Shown here: positions 1 through 7,552 of the stretch, piece by piece | Numbering within the stretch: position 1 is the first letter of the stretch | How the letters are laid out: every line of letters begins with the position of its first letter | Assembly: GCA_964516445.1 (NCBI GenBank) | Contig: CAZEZE010000001.1 | Coordinates: 1-46,623, forward strand | From: an uncultured Chitinophaga sp. | GTDB taxonomy: Bacteria > Bacteroidota > Bacteroidia > Chitinophagales > Chitinophagaceae | Direction: 5' to 3' | Length of the DNA: 46,623 nucleotides | Program-made: the position numbers and the translations under genes | The notes under the pieces: model-generated | The model's database searches: none | Told to the model about the DNA's origin: nothing | The model's input: the letters and a program-made list of their open reading frames with translations, nothing else

Positions 1-1137
1 AATTCGGCCCTTTACAATTATGCGATTGCCCTGGCCATGCTGATCGTGGCAGTCATGTCGCCATTACTTTCTTCGATCGCCGATTACAGGGGGAATAAAA
101 AGAAATTCCTGAATTTTTACCTTACCATGGGCAGTATCGCCTGTGCTTCCCTGTTCTTCTTCGAAAGAAGCACGCTCGGCCTGGGCCTCCTTTCCATGAT
201 CATCGCCTGCGTGGGATTCTGGGGCGCCCAGGTGTTTTACAATTCATTCCTTCCGGAGATAGCCGCACCGCAGGACCGTGACCATGTCAGCGCCCGGGGA
301 TTTGCATTCGGATATGTGGGAAGCGTATTGCTGCAACTGATCTGTTTCATATTTGTGATGATGCCTGAAACATTCGGCATAACGACAGGAAAAGCCTCAC
401 AGATATCTTTTTTACTGGTGGGAATCTGGTGGTGGGGGTTTGGACAATTTTCGCTGCGGCGCCTGCCTAAACCCGCGCCCGCCGGGAGCGGCGACCTGCA
501 ACATCAAATACTTTCCAAGGGATACAGGGAATTGCAAAAAGTATGGAACCAGTTGAAGCATATACCTTCCTTAAAGCGTTTCCTGCTATCTTTCTTTTTT
601 TACAATATGGGGGTTCAGACCGTGATGCTGGTGGCAGCGCTCTATGGAAAAAGTGAACTGGAGATCCCCACCACCAACCTGATCATTGCCATCCTGATCA
701 TCCAGCTTATCGCGATCCCCGGTGCTTTCGCTGTTTCCTGGCTCTCCTCCAGGATCGGGAATATAAAAACATTGATGATCCTGGTGGTAAGTTGGATACT
801 GATGTGTTTCGTCGCCTTTTATTTGCCCAAAGGAGGTATATATCCATTCTATGCCCTGGGTGCCGGCGTCGGGTTTATCATGGGGGGTATCCAGTCGCTA
901 AGCCGCAGCACCTATGCTAAACTGATGCCCGCAACAAAAGATACGGCCTCTTTTTTCAGTTTTTATGATGTGACAGAAAAGATCGCGGCGGTGGTGGGGA
1001 TATTCAGCTTTGGTTTTATCACGGAACTCAGCGGATCACAACGCAACTCGGTGCTGGCCCTGGCCAGTTTCTTTGTAATCGGTCTGCTTTTATTATTTTA
1101 TGCGCGTGCGGCAAAAAACGGCCCCCTGTCCGAATAG
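1..1137 (+). CDS. MFS transporter, UMF1/Atg22-like family (5' end outside window)
   Basis: Many TM helices; motifs SIADYRGNKKKF, FYNSFLPEIA, VSARGFAFGYVGS, GGIQSLSRS. The frame is open from base 1, so the listed ATG at 37 is probably internal. Confidence 0.85.
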   Translation, partial: NSALYNYAIALAMLIVAVMSPLLSSIADYRGNKKKFLNFYLTMGSIACASLFFFERSTLGLGLLSMIIACVGFWGAQVFYNSFLPEIAAPQDRDHVSARGFAFGYVGSVLLQLICFIFVMMPETFGITTGKASQISFLLVGIWWWGFGQFSLRRLPKPAPAGSGDLQHQILSKGYRELQKVWNQLKHIPSLKRFLLSFFFYNMGVQTVMLVAALYGKSELEIPTTNLIIAILIIQLIAIPGAFAVSWLSSRIGNIKTLMILVVSWILMCFVAFYLPKGGIYPFYALGAGVGFIMGGIQSLSRSTYAKLMPATKDTASFFSFYDVTEKIAAVVGIFSFGFITELSGSQRNSVLALASFFVIGLLLLFYARAAKNGPLSE

Positions 1138-1150
1138 CTATCTGGACCGG

Positions 1151-1175
1151 ACCCCGCAGAGGGGCTTTAGGACCC
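1151..1175. repeat. Short GC hairpin repeat (CCCTAAA-CCCC...GGGG type), reverse orientation
   Basis: Reverse complement GGGTCCTAAAGCCCCTCTGCGGGGT resembles the copies at 38044, 39721 and 46309. Confidence 0.45.
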
Positions 1176-1195
1176 TAGTCTAAAATGTTTCTTTA

Positions 1196-2056
1196 ATGAA
1201 ATTATATACAGTCAATACCGGCTATTTCAAATTGGATGGAGGCGCCATGTTTGGCGTAGTGCCTAAAAGCATCTGGAACAAGATCAACCCGGCTGATGAA
1301 AATAATTTATGCTCCTGGGCATTGCGTTGCCTGCTGATCGAGGACGGCAACCGGCTGATCCTGGTGGACAATGGTAACGGCGATAAACAGGATGCCAAAT
1401 TCTTCAGCCATTATCATTTACATGGCGACGACACATTGGATAAGTCGCTGGCAAAACTGGGTTTTCGGCGGGAAGATATTACTGATGCTTTTCTTACACA
1501 CCTGCATTTCGATCATTGCGGGGGGAGCATCGTCAGAGAAGGAGAAAAACTGGTCCCGGCTTTTAAAAATGCAACCTACTGGAGTAATAAAAAACACTGG
1601 AACTGGGCTGTTCATCCCAATGAAAGGGAGAAAGCGTCTTTTCTGAAAGAAAATATCCTCCCCATTGAAGAAAGCGGGCAGTTGAGGTTCATAGAAGTGT
1701 CGGACGGCGGAGATGGGAGGCTCGGGGAGACAGCATTCACGGAGAATATTTCCATCCGTTTTGTAAATGGCCACACCGAAGCGATGATGCTGCCGCAGAT
1801 CAGGTATAAGGACCGGACAATCGTTTATATGGCGGATCTCCTGCCTTCAGCCGGTCACCTCCCCCTGCCCTATGTAATGGCGTATGATATGTTCCCGCTG
1901 ACAACCCTCCAGGAAAAAAGGTCTTTTCTCAGTGAAGCCGTTGAAGGAGATTATATTTTATTTTTTGAACACGATCCGGTAAACGAATGTTGTACCCTGC
2001 AACGAACCGAGCGGGGTGTACGGACAAAGGATTTCTTCAAACTTGAAGAACTTTGA
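1196..2056 (+). CDS. MBL-fold metallo-hydrolase (YtnP-like)
   Basis: LDGGAMFGVVPK N-terminal motif, THLHFDHCGG (HxHxDH), GHT, ADL and FEHDP metal ligands. Confidence 0.9.
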   Translation: MKLYTVNTGYFKLDGGAMFGVVPKSIWNKINPADENNLCSWALRCLLIEDGNRLILVDNGNGDKQDAKFFSHYHLHGDDTLDKSLAKLGFRREDITDAFLTHLHFDHCGGSIVREGEKLVPAFKNATYWSNKKHWNWAVHPNEREKASFLKENILPIEESGQLRFIEVSDGGDGRLGETAFTENISIRFVNGHTEAMMLPQIRYKDRTIVYMADLLPSAGHLPLPYVMAYDMFPLTTLQEKRSFLSEAVEGDYILFFEHDPVNECCTLQRTERGVRTKDFFKLEEL

Positions 2057-2069
2057 ATGCGTTGCTGCA

Positions 2070-3056
2070 CTATTCAGTTTTAACGATCTTTCGCATCCGC
2101 AGTATCAGCAAACTGCCAATGATGGCAGGTATGATCAGGTTGATGAGCCATATTCCGGCAGTAGCAAAGGTCATACCCAGTTCATTCGTGCTGTAAAGTC
2201 CCACGATGGTCGTAACAACAGTACCCCGTTGCGCCAGTTCGGCAATGGCGATAGTGGGTATGACCGCCATGACCAGGAAGGTCACACTGATCGTCCAGCA
2301 TAACTCCCAGGCGGAAAGCTGTACTCCGAATAATTCAAACAAAAAGTAATACTGAAGGAGGAACACGGCGAAGCGAAGCAGGGAAAAGGTCAATAAGCGA
2401 AGCAGCAGTAAGGGATGAAATTCTTCGAGCGCCTCCACGAGATAAGAAAACCGTTTGCTGCCCGGGAGCCGGTCCACCCATTTTATCAGCCACGACAACC
2501 GGAAATAAAACAAGATCAGCCAGAGCAAAACACCCAGTACGCCATACTGGATCACGCTCATCCATATCGGGCTTACCAGTTGACGGGCCCCGATCTCGTT
2601 TCGTAGAAGGAACAACCCGGTGCAACCGGCCAGTAAAGTGATGATCAGCTGGCTGATGCTGCTAACGATCGTGATGGAGATCGTTTTAAGCCGGTTTCCC
2701 TCTTTCATGTACAATACCCTGCCGAGATATTCCCCCATCCGGTTGGGTGTACTGACAGAAAAAGAAACGCCGGAAAGAACAGCCTGTAGCGCCCTTAAAA
2801 AATTTACCTCCTGAACAGGTTTTACCGATATTTTCCATTTCAGCGCCTCGATACCCCAGTTGACGAACATCAGCAGAATAACAGCCACCAGGTTGAACAG
2901 CATCGGGCCGCCCAATGAAGCCCTGATCTGCTGCCAGGCCTGCCAGAGCCCGGGCTGCTGTTGTATTTGCCGGTAGATGGACCAGGAAAGCCAGCAAAAC
3001 AATAATGGGCCAAGGAAGTAGTTGATGAAGATCTTTGTATTTCGGTTCAGCTTCAT
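2070..3056 (-). CDS. Lysylphosphatidylglycerol-synthase TM domain / flippase-like membrane protein
   Basis: Multi-TM protein with NWGIEALKW and TPNRMGEYLGR motifs. Start moved to ATG 3056 to remove the overlap with ruvC. Confidence 0.75.
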   Translation of the reverse strand: MKLNRNTKIFINYFLGPLLFCWLSWSIYRQIQQQPGLWQAWQQIRASLGGPMLFNLVAVILLMFVNWGIEALKWKISVKPVQEVNFLRALQAVLSGVSFSVSTPNRMGEYLGRVLYMKEGNRLKTISITIVSSISQLIITLLAGCTGLFLLRNEIGARQLVSPIWMSVIQYGVLGVLLWLILFYFRLSWLIKWVDRLPGSKRFSYLVEALEEFHPLLLLRLLTFSLLRFAVFLLQYYFLFELFGVQLSAWELCWTISVTFLVMAVIPTIAIAELAQRGTVVTTIVGLYSTNELGMTFATAGIWLINLIIPAIIGSLLILRMRKIVKTE

Positions 3057-3081
3057 TAATCTTGTAAAAATACATTCCTGC

Positions 3082-3648
3082 TTGCAAAAGCCTGATAAAA
3101 TCATACTGGGTATCGATCCGGGAACGCTGGTGATGGGCTATGGCCTGATCCGTATCAGCGGTCATAAAGCAAGCTTGCTTGAACTGGGTGTATTAAAACC
3201 GGGTAAGGTAAAAGACAGCTATAAAAAACTGCAGTTAATTTTCAATACGGTGAGCGGGCTCATTACCAAATACCAGCCCACCGATTTTGCCATTGAAGCG
3301 CCGTTCTTTGGCAAAAATGTGCAAAGCATGCTGAAACTCGGGAGAGCACAGGGCGTGGCCATTGCCGCAGCGATGCGGCACGGGCTTGATGTGACAGAGT
3401 ATTCTCCCAAAAAAGTGAAACAATCCATCACCGGCAATGGCAATGCGGATAAGGAACAGGTAATGAAGATGCTCCAAACTTTATTATCCTTCCAAAGCAA
3501 TTCCAAACAATACGATGCTACGGACGCGCTGGCGGTGGCCCTATGCCATCACTATCAGAGCAATTCACCGGTCGGGAAACAAGGAAAGGGTTTAACGGGA
3601 TGGGTGGAGTTCATGCAGAAGAACCCGGGAAGGGTGAGGAGAAAATGA
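3082..3648 (+). CDS. ruvC: Holliday junction resolvase RuvC
   Basis: ILGIDPG, AIEAPFFGKNVQSMLKLGRAQG, KVKQSITGNGNADKEQV, DATDALAVALCH. Probable TTG start at 3082. Confidence 0.95.
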   Translation: MQKPDKIILGIDPGTLVMGYGLIRISGHKASLLELGVLKPGKVKDSYKKLQLIFNTVSGLITKYQPTDFAIEAPFFGKNVQSMLKLGRAQGVAIAAAMRHGLDVTEYSPKKVKQSITGNGNADKEQVMKMLQTLLSFQSNSKQYDATDALAVALCHHYQSNSPVGKQGKGLTGWVEFMQKNPGRVRRK

Positions 3649-3828
3649 ACCGCAGAATTACACGGGGGAAAATAAAGCACAGAGGACGCTGAGTACTTTA
3701 CTCGTTGAAAATATCTACTGTACTTCTGTGGTAAAATTTGGGCTTATCGCAATCCCGATAGCTATCGGGACGCAAGGAGAACCCGTACTCCGTAAACTCT
3801 GTGAAAAACTCCGTGTCACTTCGTGGTT
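3648..3828. repeat. Nested imperfect inverted-repeat element with a perfect 18-bp palindrome
   Basis: Outer arms 3648-3667 and 3809-3828; inner CACAGAG...TTCTGTG arms; TCCCGATAGCTATCGGGA at 3753-3770. Confidence 0.6.
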
Positions 3829-3836
3829 TACTAAAA

Positions 3837-4226
3837 TTACATATTCGCCAATATCTTTTCCTGCACACTTCTTAAATTTTCGTCCGTTGCCTTTGGTTTG
3901 GACTGAGTAAAATTCAGGTCGTTCGCCGAATTGATGGGAATAAGGTGTACATGTGCATGCGGTACTTCCAGCCCGATCACACTAATACCGCAACGCTTAC
4001 AGTCAAATGCCTTTTCAATTGCTTTGGCGATCGGCCGGGCAAACAGCAACATTTCTGAAAGATAATCGGCGGGGAGATCAAATAGATTGTCCACTTCGGC
4101 CTTTGGCACCACCAGAACATGCCCTTCCCGCAGGGGAAAGATATCGAGGAAGGCAAAGAATTTTTCATTCTCCGCTATCTTAAAAGATGGGATTTCGCCG
4201 GCAATGATTTTTGAAAAGATAGTCAT
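3837..4226 (-). CDS. HIT family nucleotide hydrolase
   Basis: MTIFSKIIAGEIP start, GHVLVVPK, and the histidine triad VPHAHVHLIP. Confidence 0.93.
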   Translation of the reverse strand: MTIFSKIIAGEIPSFKIAENEKFFAFLDIFPLREGHVLVVPKAEVDNLFDLPADYLSEMLLFARPIAKAIEKAFDCKRCGISVIGLEVPHAHVHLIPINSANDLNFTQSKPKATDENLRSVQEKILANM

Positions 4227-4401
4227 ACCACCTAAAATTTTTGTTTTTAATGAAAGAAGGTAAAACCACAACCGTTTCAGCATTCTGTTATTTTACCCGT
4301 CAAAGCTATCGACTCTTTTAAAATAAAAAAGCCTCCGTTTTCACGAAAGCCTTTTCAAACGATTAGTCATGCCCTCAGCAATCCTGATCAAGGCGGGGCT
4401 T

Positions 4402-4875
4402 TTAAGCAGTTATTTCCTCTATTTTAAATTTTAATACACCCGCCGGTGCCTGCACTTCAGCTGTATCCCCCACCACTTTACCCAGAATACCCCGGCCAAT
4501 AGGAGAGGTAATGGAGATCTTACCCGCTTTCAGGTCAGCTTCCTTTTCACTTACCAGTTTATAGATCACCTGTTTTTTTGTGCCCAGGTTTGTCATTTTT
4601 ACTTTGGTAAGAATGGACACTTTACTGGTATCAATGCTTGATTCATCAATCACCCTTGTATTGGCCAGCGAACCTTCAAAAGATGCAATTTTTGCTTCGA
4701 GCAGGCCCTGTGCTTCTTTGGCCGCATCATATTCCGCATTTTCTTTAAGATCACCCTTTTCCCTGGCTTCAGCAATGGCCCTGCTGGCAGCAGGGCGGTC
4801 CACTGACTTCATTCGCTGCAGTTCCGCTTTCATTTGCTCAAGGGTATCCTTGGTCACGTATTGGATATCACTCAT
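4402..4875 (-). CDS. greA: Transcription elongation factor GreA
   Basis: AREKGDLKENAEYDAAKEAQ and KISITSPIGRGILGK signatures. Confidence 0.97.
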   Translation of the reverse strand: MSDIQYVTKDTLEQMKAELQRMKSVDRPAASRAIAEAREKGDLKENAEYDAAKEAQGLLEAKIASFEGSLANTRVIDESSIDTSKVSILTKVKMTNLGTKKQVIYKLVSEKEADLKAGKISITSPIGRGILGKVVGDTAEVQAPAGVLKFKIEEITA

Positions 4876-4892
4876 AACGCCTCCTTGTTTGG

Positions 4893-4938
4893 ATAAAAGA
4901 AAAAAATAACAACGCCTCAGTCATTCGCTGAAGCGTTG
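4893..4938 (-). terminator. Intrinsic terminator-like hairpin in the greA leader
   Basis: On the minus strand, CAACGCUUCAG-7 nt loop-CUGAGGCGUUG (11 bp with one G-U) followed by a U-rich tract. Confidence 0.65.
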
Positions 4939-4950
4939 CAGTATTGACAT

Positions 4951-4958
4951 CAAAGATA
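4951..4958 (-). promoter_or_regulatory. Bacteroidota sigma-A -7 element for greA
   Basis: TATCTTTG matches TAnnTTTG; the -33 element is weak. Confidence 0.55.
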
Positions 4959-5038
4959 GCAAAAATTTTTGAAACTACCAGCAGGGATGCCAGTCATTTT
5001 TATAAGACTGGGCAAGTACTTCTGTTTCAATTATTCGT

Positions 5039-5968
5039 TTACTTATTGAAACCCAGTTTATCCAGTAATACTTTTGCCATCTTATAAAACGCTTCCTGGC
5101 TGTAACCGGCAATATGCGGAGTTATGATGACATTCGCCTGGTTAAGCAACCAGTCGAGTTCCGCTCTTTCATTCACCGAAAATTTTTCCAGGTCTTCATT
5201 CTCCAGTACATCGAGTCCGGCGGCCATTATCTTTTTTTCCTGAAGCGCAACAGAGAGATCCTTGAGGTTCACCACTTTTCCTCTTGATGTATTCAGGATA
5301 ACCGGACATTGTTTCAAAGAATGGAAGAATTCCTTATTGGCCATATACCGGGTTTCACCCGAGAGCGGGACATGAAAACTGATCACATCCGCGTAACGGC
5401 AGACCTGTTCCAGGCTTGCTTCTTTTACAGGACCACCTGCAAAACCGGAACGGTATTTATCATAGGCTAATATGGTTACATTAAATGATGTAAGCAATGC
5501 AGCAAAACTGCTCCCCGTATTACCATATCCGATTACGCCTACTGTTTTCCCGTTGAGTTCAGTTCCCCGGTTCTCATCCCTTTTCCAGATCCCTTGCCTT
5601 ACTTCCTGCTGTGATGAAGAGATCCTATGCAGCAGGTTCAGTAAAAGACCCAATGCGTGTTCTGCCACTGCCTGCCGGTTACCCTCCGGGCTGCTGATGC
5701 AAAGAATACCTTTGCTTTCTGCATAGGTGGTATCCACGAGTTCCATCCCGCTTCCCAGTCGCCCGATCCATTTTAACCGGCGGGCCTTTTCTAAAAGTGG
5801 CCTGTCCACTTTTATCCGGGTGGTCACTACCAGGCCCTCCGCATCTTCAATGATACCTTCCAGTTCATTGTAAAAAATATCAGGCCGATAAACAACTTCC
5901 ATCCCGGCCTGCTGCAAACGTTCAGACAAAAGTGCATGCGCCTTTGCTGTGATGATGACTTTGCTCAT
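5039..5968 (-). CDS. D-isomer-specific 2-hydroxyacid dehydrogenase (phosphoglycerate dehydrogenase-like)
   Basis: GVIGYGNTG Rossmann motif, [22 protein letters not shown] overlap with rsmA. Confidence 0.88.
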   Translation of the reverse strand: MSKVIITAKAHALLSERLQQAGMEVVYRPDIFYNELEGIIEDAEGLVVTTRIKVDRPLLEKARRLKWIGRLGSGMELVDTTYAESKGILCISSPEGNRQAVAEHALGLLLNLLHRISSSQQEVRQGIWKRDENRGTELNGKTVGVIGYGNTGSSFAALLTSFNVTILAYDKYRSGFAGGPVKEASLEQVCRYADVISFHVPLSGETRYMANKEFFHSLKQCPVILNTSRGKVVNLKDLSVALQEKKIMAAGLDVLENEDLEKFSVNERAELDWLLNQANVIITPHIAGYSQEAFYKMAKVLLDKLGFNK

Positions 5969-6717
5969 TGCATTTTATATGTCAGTGCCGCAAACTGCTC
6001 CACTGTCAGTTGCTCCGCTCTTTTACTAAACAACTCTTCTTTCAGTTCCGCTGCTTCAAACAGGTTCCTGACGGCATTCCGCAGTGTTTTTCTCCGCTGG
6101 CCAAAAGCCGTTTTCACAAGCAGGAAGAGATCCTTTTCACTCCTGACCGGCAGGTTTCGTTTCCGGGGCAATAACCGGATCACTCCGCTTTTTACTTTGG
6201 GGGGAGGCTGAAAACAATTTTCATGTACATCGAACAGGTATTCCACATCATAAAAAGTCTGTACCAGTACACTCGTTACCCCGTACACCTTGCTGCCTTC
6301 CCGGGCAGCGACCCGTTGAGCCACTTCTTTCTGGAACATTCCCACCATACATTCCACATCCTCCTTCCATTCCAGGATCCTGAATAGAATCTGCGTGGAA
6401 ATATTATACGGAAAATTGCCCGCCACCGTGAATTTCCCGGTGAAAGGTTTTTCTATTTCAAGAAAATCACGGTGTATGATCTTACCCTGCAGCGCCGGGT
6501 AGGTCTTCAGCAGGTACTCCACTTTTTCGTCATCCAGTTCTACCGCTTTAAGATCCGCACCCGGGATCCCAAGTAAATATTTTGTCAGCGCACCTGCTCC
6601 CGGTCCCACTTCCAGTAACTGCGAAAAGGGGTGTTCCTTCAATACTTCTATGATCTTACGGCAGATATGCTCGTCCTTCAGGAAATGCTGGCCTAATGAT
6701 TTTTTCAGGGTGTACAC
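5965..6717 (-). CDS. rsmA: 16S rRNA adenine dimethyltransferase RsmA/KsgA
   Basis: [50 protein letters not shown] start at 6717. Confidence 0.96.
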   Translation of the reverse strand: MYTLKKSLGQHFLKDEHICRKIIEVLKEHPFSQLLEVGPGAGALTKYLLGIPGADLKAVELDDEKVEYLLKTYPALQGKIIHRDFLEIEKPFTGKFTVAGNFPYNISTQILFRILEWKEDVECMVGMFQKEVAQRVAAREGSKVYGVTSVLVQTFYDVEYLFDVHENCFQPPPKVKSGVIRLLPRKRNLPVRSEKDLFLLVKTAFGQRRKTLRNAVRNLFEAAELKEELFSKRAEQLTVEQFAALTYKMQ

Positions 6718-6721
6718 AAGG

Positions 6722-6729
6722 CAAATGTA
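6722..6729 (-). promoter_or_regulatory. -7 promoter element directly before rsmA (probably leaderless mRNA)
   Basis: TACATTTG ends 4 nt before the GTG. Confidence 0.6.
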
Positions 6730-6750
6730 TACTGAACATTCTTCCCGGAG

Positions 6751-6780
6751 AAAACAAAAAGGGCTGCTATTGCAGCCCTT
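6751..6780 (-). terminator. Intrinsic terminator after the lipoprotein gene
   Basis: AAGGGCTGC-TATT-GCAGCCCTT with a U tract on the minus strand. Confidence 0.8.
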
Positions 6781-6800
6781 CATTACATTAACCAGGATAA

Positions 6801-7382
6801 TTATCTGACTTCTTCTTCGGGGCATTCTTCCGGGCAATAGCTAAACCTCATGGCCCATGAACCGCCGTCATTGATCTGGTCTCCATTTCCCCAGCCGGTT
6901 TGAGAATAATACTGCTGGCCGGTACTGTTAAAGGCAACAATTTCCGCATGCGCAGCAATACAAACGCATCCGGCGGGAAGGCTGCTCCTGGGAATGGTGT
7001 AGGTATAGATGCTCACGCCAGTTGTACCATGCGTAGCGGTAAAGGGAAACAGGCCGATACGGGGATTACCCGCACCATTTACAGGGATAGCTGAGCAAGC
7101 GCCTACATACAGGTGTGTTTTCTTCAATTTATAGGCGCCGATCGTCTGGTACGAAACATATACGTTGGTTTCATCATTCCATACAACCATGCTGCCGACA
7201 TTATCATTCTGGCCGGCCATAATCGCTGTTTCGGAAGGAGTGAGACAATCAGGTACCGTGTACCCTGAAGGAATAACGTAATAGGGGTTTTCCTGTGCTC
7301 CCGCTGCCGGGAGACTATCCTTGCTTTTCTGACAGGAGAAAAAGACAAGCGATAGGGAAAGAAGGGTAATTAGCTTTTTCAT
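6801..7382 (-). CDS. Hypothetical lipoprotein
   Basis: MKKLITLLSLSLVFFS-C lipobox; single beta-rich domain (AGQ..VG, THLYVG, GNPRIGLFP, IAAHAE) with several Cys. Confidence 0.8.
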   Translation of the reverse strand: MKKLITLLSLSLVFFSCQKSKDSLPAAGAQENPYYVIPSGYTVPDCLTPSETAIMAGQNDNVGSMVVWNDETNVYVSYQTIGAYKLKKTHLYVGACSAIPVNGAGNPRIGLFPFTATHGTTGVSIYTYTIPRSSLPAGCVCIAAHAEIVAFNSTGQQYYSQTGWGNGDQINDGGSWAMRFSYCPEECPEEEVR

Positions 7383-7552
7383 GATACGGATTTTAGGGTT
7401 ATCAAATGATGATGTTAAGTAACTCAATGTTTTTTTGTTTTGCCAATAAAAATCTCATTAATTACTATGAATAGAGAAAAAACATCGCCTGTTTCGTGTT
7501 TTACCATAGCCCATTGTGGCTCCCGGAAACATTTTTACGGCTTATAATTACG

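Noticed and set aside
3728-3910. 60-aa ORF between ruvC and HIT
   Set aside because: It is a translation of the palindromic repeat (IPIAIG) and overlaps the HIT gene.
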